From Eutreptiella sp. 'Long Island Sound 2002' (taxonomy: Eukaryota > Protista > Euglenida), in NCBI GenBank assembly GCA_964036045.1, contig OZ038378.1:3968001-4032000 (forward strand): a stretch of DNA of 64,000 nt, given 5' to 3'. Positions within the stretch are counted from its first letter, which is position 1. Each line of letters opens with the position of its first letter. The notes under the pieces were generated by a model, which did not search any database, was not told where the DNA came from, and saw only the letters and a program-made list of their open reading frames with translations. Positions 1 to 10,299 of this stretch are shown one piece after another. A program made the position numbers and the translations under genes.

Positions 1-48
1 GCAGTGGTTACGCACTGTCGATGCATTGGTGCAGGGTGGGTACAGTCA

Positions 49-361
49 GGGGGGGGGGGGCTGTGGACAGAGGTGTGTGGACAGCAAAAACAGTCAAACG
101 ACCCCGGCAACAACCAGCACATCCTCAATACGCCAACTATTGGGCGCCGCTGACACGCAAACGGCACACCATGCCACATTCAGCACAGTCCCAACACGCC
201 AGCTACTGGGCTCCGCGAACGCGGAAACGACACCAGCAAGAGCACCGGCCGCAGCGGCCGACAGAAAGTAGCGACCCGACGCAACATGCGAAGGGAAGAA
301 CGGGTGACCGTCCAGGGCCCCGTAAAGGAGCAACAACCAGACGGAATGTCACACAAGGGGG
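49..361 (+). repeat. ~290-bp dispersed repeat (SINE/MITE-like), copy 1, bounded by G-runs
   Basis: Nearly identical to 39713-40022 (GTGTGGACAGCAAAAACAGTCAAACGACC...CGGAATGTCACACA) and related to 56868-57096. G12 run on the left, G-run on the right. Confidence 0.85.
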
Positions 362-720
362 TTGGCCCATTGCGGTTTTCTCACCAACTGGAGTCCCGCT
401 CGGCCAGGTCTTCGTGCTGTGCCTCGCTCCGCCCCCGTTGCTATTTCACGCTCATTGTGCCCCTAGTCAGACCCCCACCCCCACGCCATTCAGCAGCAGT
501 ATCAGGGCATTAGGGCATCCCAGGTCACACAAAGACACGGCACTGGACACTGGTTTGTACAACACGGTAACCACCCAGTTTTTATGGAACACCCTGAAGG
601 CCGCTGTGATCACAATCTGCAGCGGGATTCTGCAGAAGCAGCCCAACCCAAATTTCTCCTGAAGAAATGAACGAATCACACGACGCTCAAGAGAGACGGA
701 AGGAACTTCTGGTTATTGCA

Positions 721-940
721 TGTGATGTCATGATGTGTTGGTATTACGTGGCGTTGTGTTTATCTTATGTTGTGTCGTGTGTTGATCGTGACGTGAATGT
801 TCGTGTGATTGCCAATGTTGATGGTAATGTTAATGTTGATGTTGATATTATCTTTGTGTTATGTCATTTTATGTCAATGTTAATTGATGTTAACGTTCAT
901 GTTATGTTATGTGACGTGTCATGTCATGTAATGTTGTTCG
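721..940. repeat. degenerate TG-rich penta/hexamer low-complexity tract
   Basis: Recurrent TGATG/TGTTG/TGTCA/AATGTT units. Confidence 0.6.
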
Positions 941-1035
941 TTTTCCCTTGTGGCTAGGCCGTAGCAGCAGTGGCAGCAACAGTACTGAGGCGTTCGAGGG
1001 CCCCGCTCCACACAGGTGGTGCCACGTGTCTGCAG

Positions 1036-1143
1036 GCTGACGTGGAATATTGCGTGGCATTACCGGACCGAAAATCAGGCCCTGGGAAGTTGGGGTCCGT
1101 TGTGGACTACGTCCGCAAGACCATGGCGAAGAACATCCGAAAG
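1036..1143 (+). CDS. probable internal exon of an unidentified upstream gene (ADVEYCVALPDRKSGPGKLGSVVDYVRKTMAKNIRK)
   Basis: TGCAG acceptor, AAG|GT donor, 108 nt in phase 0-0, protein-like composition. No family recognised. Confidence 0.5.
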
Positions 1144-4100
1144 GTTGCCCCCTGATGACAACCGTGAAATCAGCGGCATGGAGAAGGGCTCGGGACCAGT
1201 GTTGGCAATGGTTGGGTTTTCTCCACAAGATTGCGGGCGGGAATAGTACTGTGTGTCTATGTGCGTCTTGTTTGTTCGGCTGATGGCCTAAGAGCGCCCA
1301 CCCCACCGCAAACTCTCCCTTTGCACGAAGAGAGCCACAAATCGCCAACAGTGAGCCCGGCCATGGGTTGCGTGTTGGGTCCATGACCGCGCATCTATAG
1401 GCCCTTGCAAACACAACCATCAGAAGAGGTATCCCAGATGTAGGTAGACACGATTCTACTGCGCTTTTCCGCCACTGTGTTGGTGGTGGTGGTGGTGGTG
1501 GTGGTGTGAATGAGCACATGGCCGTCGTACAGTCAACTTCCAGGGCTGCTGATGTGGGTAAATGTCGCTTGCCCTTATGTTGTCACGAACCACATCTGGT
1601 CCAAGGCCTGCCAAGTGTCTTCAGGGGTTGACCAGAAGGCGCCTTTTTTTTCCATGCAGCCCGTGACGGTCTGAAGACAGCCTATCCTCTTTTGTGGGTG
1701 CCTGTGCGGGTCCCGATCTGAGGTGGTCAGCGAGTCTGGGATTGGATGTGGGCCACCCCCCCCCCCCCCCCCCACGATCCTTAATGGATCCTGAATGCGT
1801 TGGTGCCACAACCCGCCACCATGGAGAAGCAGAAACGGTGGGCCAACACAGCGGCTTGGTAGATCTTCGTGACCCAGGTAGGCGTTGGCGAAGGAAGGCC
1901 TGGTCGAGATTTTTGTGATTGGCGAGAGGTCGATTGACGCCGCCAGCTGCCAGGAGAGCAGCCAATTTGCTGGGCTCTCCCCCCCCCCCCCCCTCTGACT
2001 GCCCCCCAGGTGGGGTTTCCAGTTTTCGGTCCAGGTTTGTCACTTGTGGGCAAGGCCCCAAGGTAAATGTATCACAGAACCTTTTTTAGGTGTCTGCAAC
2101 GCAGGATGAGTTGAATGAGCACGGCAACGCAGGATGAGTTGAATGAGCACGTTGGGAAGTGTGAACACCAACTAGTAGGACCATCCTGGGAGCAGGGATG
2201 GTTGGGGTCCACTGAATGCTCCTTGCCGGCGCCTTGGGTGTAAGTTCGCGTTTAGTTCTGGTGTGTCTTAATTTAGTTCTGGTGTGGGTGTAGTGCTGAT
2301 CAGCAAGGAACTGCAATGCCCTTGAAGCATTTTGGCAATTGGCTTTTGTTGTGTTGTTGCAGTTGCACGCTGTACGGCCCACCACCTGCGAGGCGAACCC
2401 CCCCCCCCCCTTTCACTTCACCGCACACTTCCAACCCAACGACTGGCAAGAAGGCCCCCACCCCCACCCCACCGCCACCGCCACCGGAGTGTCGTCCCCG
2501 GGAACGGCCCGCTTCTTCAGGGGCGCCAAAGGGACAGGGTCTATGGGGTAAATATGAGGGAGGGGTGCAGATCATGGGCACAAAAGAAAAGAAAAGCAAA
2601 GCAAAGCAACTGCGGCAGCCACCCCCGGGTCTCTCTGCCCCTGCATCCCCCTGTGGATGCCCCTTGGGCCATTCCACTTGTCCCCAGGCTTGTGCTCCTG
2701 GTTGGTAGCCCCCCACAACACTGTGATACGTTTTGTGGTGACTTGATGCAGGGCAGGGGGGGGGGGGGGGTAAATACACAGTGTTGGTTTGCCAGCAGCT
2801 GCCTCCAGCTTCTTTCTGTTTTCGTTTTTGTTTGGACACCACATGACACTACACGACACCACACGACACCACATGCACCCCCCAAAGCCTTTCCACCGTC
2901 CTTTTGCATGCACAATCTGCAAACACTGTGTTCCTGGCCGACCCCTGAGATGCGTGCAGTGGTAGACCTTTTGTTTTGTCGCCATCCGTGGCCACTAACA
3001 ATCAAGGTCCCGGACGAGCTGTTTCTTGTATGTGGCCCTGAGCAATGGTGGGGCACCCGGATCACATCTCTGTGGGTGAGTCCCCATAAGTTTGGAGGCA
3101 CTCGTATTGTCACCAAATAGCACCGCAACCCAGTGTTCCAGGGGTCTTGCAGGGCGCAGAATTCGCGATTTTTCAGCCATTCTTGTGCCGGCCCGGCCAC
3201 GTGGACACGCTGACTGGCTGTGGAGACAAAGCCCTGCCTACATCTAAACCCCCTCAAGGGTTTTGGCATTCATGAACATGCCCTTCATTTGGAGCGCTTT
3301 GGCCGTGTCATGAGCAGGAGAGTTGCCGTGCTCGTTATCAGTCATCCACCTTTCGTAAGTGAATGGCTCCTGTCCAAGCGTTGACCCGAGGATTCCGAAT
3401 GCATTTCTTGGGCTTCTGGGGTGAGCTCTGTTATTGAGAGTGGGTGAGTGCCTTTTTCTGTCAAGATGGGTCGGTTGGATTGAGTGCAAGCCTGATGTGC
3501 CATGTTTCCGCTTCCGCTCCATTGAAACCCCGGGTCCTGCTTGCTGCAGTTGCGAGTGCATGTGCTGGCTGTTGGTGACAGGACGCGGAGCAGAAGCTGA
3601 TTGACCTCGTGGAGCACATAAAGCATGCACGCAAGTCAGCGTTGTGGTACAGGATGCTGCAGCTGCAGCACCACAAGTACGGCGAGGTCTGATTCTGTGT
3701 ACGTGTGCTGTTCGCTGGACGCAGAGGCACGGCCGACCGTCTTTTAATCTGGAGTTCCAATCCCCCCCCCCCCCCCCCCAAGGGGTCTTTATCCGACACT
3801 GATTGCTGATGTCTGACTGACAGCTACTGACTGTGATTGTCTGACTAATGTAGTCAGACATGATGTGCTGTTTTCTGTTTCAGACACAGTGTGTGTCTTG
3901 AGGTTCAACCAGGTTTGGCATAGAGAATAAAGATGCACTTATGCCTGACTGTGGAGTGCATTACCTCTGGTTTGCATTTGTCTGTTTTTGAATTAGGTCA
4001 CCCCCCCCCCCCCCCCCAAGGGCTGCTGCACTCCCCAGTGCATGGGTGGGCAGCCCTGTCCCCTCTCAAGGAAAAATGGGGGGTCAGCTCCGGGAGTGCA

Positions 4101-4407
4101 CTCAGCTGTGGGGTAAACGTGGCAGACCTGCGTGTGAGTCGATGGTGTGCCCAGCTGAACGCCCCACATGTTCACGTACGGCTGCTGCACGGAGCCGGTT
4201 CAGGCTGTTTGCTCGTGATGCAAAGGGCACAAGGAAGCAACGACTCTGAGTGAATCGATTCCAGGCACAGCACCGGTCGGATGAGTTGGGGACGGGTGGA
4301 CGAGATGTTGGTGACAAAGGTGCTGGAAGCGGTTTTCCCCGTCCCGTTTGGCCTGTGTGTGTGTGTGTTTTGTGCTTGGAATGTTGTGGCGTCCGCCGCC
4401 TTCCAGT

Positions 4408-4689
4408 GACCAGATCAGGCCTTTGCTTAGTGGACGGTCGATACTTTACCACCGGGGGGGGGGGGGGGGGCAGAGGCCAAAAAAAGTTTGTGTACCTAAA
4501 ATCGACCCCCGAGTTCGGGCCCCTTTGACCAATTTCATTTTTTCCCGAAAGAAACATTTTCTGATGTGGGTGGGTGGGTGGGTGGGTCAGCCAAAAACCC
4601 CAGAGGGGGGGGGGGGGGGGGGGGGGGCAATTGAACCCCCTGCCCGCCCCCCGCCCCCCAGTATCACAAAGCAAGGGCCTGGACTAGAT
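4408..4689. mobile_element. 266-bp hAT-type MITE (4416-4681) with 8-bp TSD
   Basis: Imperfect TIRs CAGGCCTTTGCTTAGTG / CACAAAGCAAGGGCCTG. Flanks GACCAGAT (4408-4415) and GACTAGAT (4682-4689), one mismatch. The same ends recur at 23295 and 26002-26018. Confidence 0.75.
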
Positions 4690-5752
4690 CCAGGTCAGCA
4701 CCTGGTGGATGCTGCTGCAGCAGCCTCTGCCCTGACGGTCTGTCCTTCTGCCTGCACTGGACTGCTCTCCGGTGCTGCACCTGCAACATGCACCCCCCCC
4801 CCCCCGGCGCTTTGTGAGCGCCTCATAAACGAGGCACACAGTTCTGGCGGAACTATGCAGCCACGATAGTAACGCCCACACTCACACACACCCACACACG
4901 TGCGCACAATCTAAGTGACCAGGGGAGGGCGAACAAGGGCATGCGCGCAGGGGGGGGGGGGGTCGTTCGAGCCCCCAGAAGGAGGGGGGGCGGGGGCTGT
5001 TAAAGGGGCTCTCGTGACAGGCTAGTCCAAAGAGGCGAGTGCAAAACCTCTGATGATGACTCACCACCTGCGCCGCACAGCGGCGAACGAAGTTTTTTTT
5101 CAAAACACATGTCCCCCATGACACATCCCTCACAAAGATCAGCGCATCGGGGGGGGTCATTCTGAGTCACGTATGTTGGGGTACCTCCCCCCCGCCACCT
5201 CCCCCCGTCACCCCGTCGGGGGGTCCCCGTCACATGAGGCGTCAAGGGGGGGGGGGGGGGCTGGAAAAGGGGCTCCAACGACCCCCCCCCCCCGGGGGCA
5301 AACCTTTTTTCTTCCAACTCAGCGAGCCACACTGAGCACAAGCACGCGACATGCGATGCGCACATGCACATGTACACGGACCACAATCCACTCGCGGGGG
5401 GCGGGGGCCGCTGCTGTTTCCCCCGCCGGTCCCATCCCCCGTGAGCCGTGGGCCGCTGCATGCCAATGTCCACTGGTATGTACCACCTGCAGTGAGGAAT
5501 GTCATTGCTCACTGTTTGTACAAGCGAAGGGAGAGGGTACACATAGGGCACACCGGCTTAGGCATCTTCCTCTTCCTGAGTCTCTCTCTGCCCCCCCCCC
5601 CCCCCCCCGCCCCCGAACCTCTTCTCCCCCCACCCCCCCACAGTCCCAAGGCAACATGCCACAGTCCCCCCTTTTGTGGCCCTTAACGACACCCGGGGCT
5701 TCCTCCTCTGCAACCCCCTGCCCCTCTTCCTGCCGTCCCGGTGGTCCCACAG

Positions 5753-5962
5753 GACGGCGACCTCGAGGCTCTGGAGCGGCTGAAGTACCACGCCCCCAAG
5801 AAGTTCAGGACGACCGACACAGTGGGTCGCCGCGTCTCCGCCGCTTTTGGGTACTTGTTCAAGAGCCCAGCGACGGCGCAAGGCCCCTCCACGCCCAAGG
5901 AGAGCTCGCGCTTCCTCCTTCCGGAGGGATCTCAGCATTTGGGTCCTGAACCCATGAAGTAA
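5753..5962 (+). CDS. probable terminal exon of the unidentified upstream gene (DGDLEALERLKYHAPKKFRTTDTVGRRVSAAFGYLFKS...EPMK*)
   Basis: Long pyrimidine tract then CCCACAG acceptor; 70 codons with strong third-position G/C bias, ending in TAA. Confidence 0.6.
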   Translation, partial: DGDLEALERLKYHAPKKFRTTDTVGRRVSAAFGYLFKSPATAQGPSTPKESSRFLLPEGSQHLGPEPMK

Positions 5963-6664
5963 TGGGACTGGCCATGGGGGCAATTTCAGACGGCGGGCGT
6001 CCGGACACTCAGAAATGGTTTGGTCAGGCTGAGTCACGTATCGAGTGCCAGGAAGTTCCAAAGTGGGTGCCCGGATGGCCTCAGGTGTGAAGACTGTTGC
6101 GCAGGGCCCACTGAGTATGAAGCTGAGACAGGTGCTGTGGAACATGCTGGATCTTGCCCCTTCCTGCAACAGTGCCCCTCCTTGGGGCATGCGTTGCAGG
6201 TGTGGATCGTCAGCCATATGGAATTCATGGTGTGGTGGGATGTAAAATGCTGCAATGTACTGCCGTGTGTACTGCCGTGTACTGCCGCTGCATGTAAGGA
6301 GTTGCGGGCGACGATGGGAACATGCTGTGTCACTGGGCTGCAGAGCAAGAGCAGGGAGTCGCAGGCCGGAAGCCCATGCATGGGCACTGCGCACCCCTTC
6401 CTCTGGGCCGCCCAGTGCTCAGGCGCCGGAACCTGCTCTCGCTCGCGCGTTGGTGGCCTACGGCGGCCGGCCTTACGGGCCCGTTCTGTAGAATCTATCC
6501 GGAAACGCGGCCCTGCGCGCTACTCGTTGGCTGCTGCCTCGCACACTGGGGCACCTGGGTCTGGGGGGGGGAGATCTGTTGCCGGGGGGTTGCGCCTCCA
6601 CGTCCACCGGGCACTCCCGGCCGGGGGGAGCAGGGGGGTGCTCAGCCCAGTGGGGCGGTCGGGG

Positions 6665-7613
6665 CATCCTGCCAGGCCAATGGGGGGCCATCCTCTGTAG
6701 AGAACCGGGCGCACCGGCCCGGGGGGGATGGGGAGCCCTGCCCAGGGGGTGTTCTGAGTCTCTTGCCAGGCCAAGGGGGGGCCATCTTCTTCCGAGAGTC
6801 GGGCGCACCGGCCCGGGGGGAGTGGGGAGTCCTGCCCAGGGGGTGTTTGGAGTCTCCTGCCAGGTCAAAGGGGGGCCATCTCCTTTAGAGAACCGGGCGC
6901 ACCGGCCCGGGGGGGACGGGGAGTCCTGCCCAGGGGGTGTTCGGAGTCTCCTGCCAGGCCAATAGGGGGCCATCTTCCTCAGAGGACCGGGCGCACCGGC
7001 CCAGGGGGGACGGGGAGTCCTGCCCAGGGGGCGCTCGGAGTCTCCTGCCAGGCCAAAAGGGGGGGGCCATCGTCTTCAGAGAACCGGGCGCACCGGCCCG
7101 GGGGGGACGGGGAGCCCAGCCCAGGGGGTGTTCGGAGTCTCCTGCCAGGCCAATGGGGGGCCATCTTCTTTAGAGAACCGGGCGCACCGGCCCGGGGGGG
7201 ACGGGGAGTCCTGCCCAGGGGGTGTTCGGAGTCTCCTGCCAGGCCAATGGGGGGTCATCTTCTTCAGGGAACCGGGCGCACCGGCCCGGGGGGGACAGGG
7301 AGTCCTGCCCAGGGGGTGTTCGGAGTCTCCTGCCAGGCCAATGGGGGGCCATCTTCTTTAGAGAGCCGGGCGCACCGGCCCGGGGGGGACGGGGAGTCCT
7401 GCCCAGGGGGTGTTCGGAGTCTCCTGCCAGGCCAATGGGAGGCCATCTTCTTCAGAGAATCGGGCGCACCGGCCCGGGGGGGACAGGGAGTCCTGCCCAG
7501 GGGGTGTTCGGAGTCTCCTGCCAGGCCAAGGGGGGGCCATCTTCTTCAGAGAACCGGGCGCACCGGCCTGGGGGGGACGGGGAGCCCAGCCCAGGGGGTG
7601 TTCGGAGTCTCCT
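6665..7613. repeat. 94-bp GC-rich minisatellite, ~10 copies
   Basis: The AGAACCGGGCGCACCGGCCCGGGGGGG motif recurs at about 6701, 6795, 6889, 6983, 7080, 7174, 7268, 7362, 7456 and 7550. Confidence 0.95.
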
Positions 7614-7639
7614 AGCAGCAGCAGGCAAGTAAGCAGGCA

Positions 7640-7868
7640 TTACCGGGGGTCATAACCCCGGGGTAACAGTATCTGGGACTCAACGTGAGTCCTCTTAACC
7701 AGGAACAACCCCAAACACCGCCGGGGCTTAACTCCCGAACGTAACGGTGTTTGGGGCCCCCGTGGGCCTTATGAGCCCACGGAGTGTACTGAGGCGTGGC
7801 TACCAGCTGGACTGTGGCCTGCCATACCCATTTCTGGGCTCGCCTCAGTACGGCCGGTCGAGTCCGGC
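7640..7868. other. dense cluster of hairpins (structured-RNA candidate)
   Basis: Six adjacent stems, including perfect 12-bp (7709-7720/7745-7756), 8-bp (7760-7767/7775-7782) and 11-bp (7786-7796/7841-7851) helices. Confidence 0.6.
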
Positions 7869-8909
7869 TCTGGGGGTTGCGCACTAAACTGGCCCCGGGG
7901 GGGGGCCCTTTACCCTGTTAAGCATTAGTTACGGCAGTAGGCACTATTCATTACGTTAGGGAATTACTCAGCGCATTTGCTTACCCCGCAGACATGCCCC
8001 TTCCAGTGGTGCGCTCACCTTTGGGGCTGCCTTTGGGGGATCGGGGGCTGTTACCCCTCCCGGACGCCCTCCCTGGTGTTGGCGCCGGGGTGGTGGCCGG
8101 GGGGCCTTATACCGTACCTAAAGGATGTTGGATACCGATACCGGGGTGTCCAACCGGACGGGGACAGGGACTGTGTCTCCGGGCTTACAATCGACTGACC
8201 CACATTCAACGGCTGCTGGTATGGCAGCCTGCTCCACTGCAGTCCTGTACCACTCAAGCCTGCTTCTCACCCCTCCTCATACCCTCGCACATGCTGCAGG
8301 GCGGGGGGTCGTTGTTGGGGCCCCCCGCGCATGCCTACGCCACTGGCCACCCTCTCCTCCCAGGCACCGCGCCTCTGCTAGGGCGGGGGCCTCTCACATG
8401 CACCCTTCAGGGCCCTTTCCATCTGCACACCTGGACGCTTGCCATGAAGACCCCGCATTGGAGCCTCCTCGTCGGTGCGCCCGGGTCCAGCTGTTCACGC
8501 GGCCGGCCGCCGATGCGGGGCCCTGGAGGCGCGCCGCACGGGCGCTGCCGGCCTGTGAGAGGGGCAAGGGCAGGAGAAGGGGGTGGGGGGGGGGGCAGTG
8601 GGCAGGGGAGGCGGCACAGAGTGGCTGCGGGAGGTAGTGCATGGGGGGCACCGAGAGCTGCATGGGGGTGTGCGGGATGGAGTCGGGGCAGAGGGCCCCG
8701 TGGGTGGGGCAAAGGCGCGGGGGGGGCGCATGTCCGGGCTCCTGCGTGGGCTGGCGCGTGGGCGGGCACGTAGGGGAAGAGAGGAGGGGGAGGCTTGGTC
8801 AGCCGTCCTCTACGGAGGGTCGCTGGCCGTTCCCAGGGCCAAGGCGGCCGGTACTAGGGGCCGCGGGGTCCCTGGGGATGGTGCTTGGCACTGGGACGTG
8901 CGCGCACCC

Positions 8910-8973
8910 GACACTGTTAGTACACCGCCTATTGGCAGTGCCCGGGTCCTGTCGTCGGGGGCTTCGCACCCGG
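8910..8973 (-). ncRNA. twister-ribozyme-like motif (P3-type permutation), degenerate
   Basis: On the minus strand: GGG-UGCGAAGC-CCC (P4/L4), ACAG-GA-CCC (P2', G/A, T1'), P1 hairpin CACUGCC-AAUA-GGCGGUG, then U|AA-CAGU-GUC. One mismatch each in P2 and T1, C14 replaced by U, and P3 not evident. Confidence 0.4.
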
Positions 8974-9008
8974 CACCCAGCCCGTGAGTAGAGCTGGGGA
9001 GTACTCAG

Positions 9009-9076
9009 GTGGTGTGGTGTGGTGTGGTGTGGTGTGGTGTGGTGTGGTGTGGTGTGGTGTGGTGTGGTGTGGTGTG
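9009..9076. repeat. (GTGGT)n pentanucleotide microsatellite
   Basis: Direct reading, about 13 units. Confidence 0.95.
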
Positions 9077-10299
9077 ATTATTGTGGACAGTAATATGCAC
9101 AAAAAGACGCTGAAACAAGTCCAATTTTTTTCTGTAAATGTTGAAATGCAAAGATATTGGTTCAATGTACTTTATTTCTTGACGATGATGGATGGTCTTA
9201 GAAAACACTAGGAGTTTTCTGTAAAAGGATCATTGATGAGACAGTGTCATGTTTTGTAAAACTCCAAACTAAACTCACATCTCTGATGCGCACACGTGTG
9301 CGCGCACACACACACACACACGCATGCATGCACACCTCCTGGTTAGTGGCTTTGTCACATCCGCACACAGAGCATGGAGAAGGGGCATGCAAAAGGGGTA
9401 CCTTTCAGGGGCCCTCTGCCCCCCCCCTCCCCGAAGGACCGCATCCACTGTAACCTGAGGGGATGCTCAATGACCAGCAGTCACCGAGAGAAACTCTGCT
9501 TCGGAACCAATTTTTGCATTACACCGGTGCCCTATGCCCCAGGCCACAGTAGATCACCAGGTGCTAGGCACCTTCAGATGGTCCTGTGTAGCGCACCCGT
9601 CCTCTCTCTTGACCATTCCTTTGGCCCTCTCTCTGACTCTGACCCATCTTTCCGTTTCCGGCTTCTCACCTCGCCCTGCCTCCCCCAAAAATGTGCACCT
9701 TCGGGTGTGATGTTGGCAGAGTATGTTACAGTTTCACCCTCTGTATGTCTCGCAGGTTGTCCCCCCCCCCCCACTCCCCCTGCTGGCAGGCAGGGGAACA
9801 TAGAAGCGGTCCGCTTTTTTCTCAACCCCGCCCCCCTTTTCTGCTTTGTCGCTTCTTTGTCTACCTAAGAGGACTGCATCGTACCTCCATGGTTGTGTCT
9901 TGCTTCTATCCACTCTCTGACGAGTACTTAATTTACTTTCTCTTTGTATGAGTCGTAATTGCCTCTCTTTTCAGGCACCATGATTTCTAACAGTGAATTT
10001 GAATCAGGTGGCACTCAGTCACCTGGCCCTGAAAAAAGGCGGAGGTGTGGGTTAGGCAATGGTAGTTCTGGTGCCAAGTATTCCACCACGTCAGTGGCCA
10101 CACGCACAGCACCATTTCCAAATAAACCTCTTCAGGAGCGTTTGCAAAAGTAGAGAGTTGCAGACCTTGTGAAAAGCCTGGGGCACACCAAACAAAGAGT
10201 TTCGTGGACTCCCATCTGGGTAGACATTGTACAGTGGTGGGAGGGGTGACTGGAATTACGAATCCTTTAAGCTGTTTTCTTTCTGATCCTGACCCCCCA

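Noticed and set aside
1152-1170. Hammerhead core CUGAUGA...GAAA
   Set aside because: No stem II closing pair and no supporting stems I or III.
2096-2151. 28-bp perfect tandem duplication in an exon-like segment
   Set aside because: It would frameshift the putative exon, and I could not establish that the segment belongs to the upstream gene; treated as a local duplication.
6000-6240. APE endonuclease-like words on the minus strand (LTIHTCNA; VFTPE...LPG)
   Set aside because: The motifs lie in different frames, are weak, and overlap the likely 3' UTR of the upstream gene.
6665-7613. 94-bp array as a CRISPR array or repetitive protein
   Set aside because: Contiguous units with no unique spacers, no cas genes and a eukaryotic context. 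A 94-nt unit shifts frame every copy and contains stops.
8433-8520. HDV-like ribozyme on the + strand (GCC-UCCUCGUC-GGU P3/L3, CCCCGCAU/AUGCGGGG P2)
   Set aside because: It needs a several-nt linker between P2 and P3, P1 has an A-C mismatch, J4/2 is atypical, and the region is so GC-rich that alternative pairings abound.
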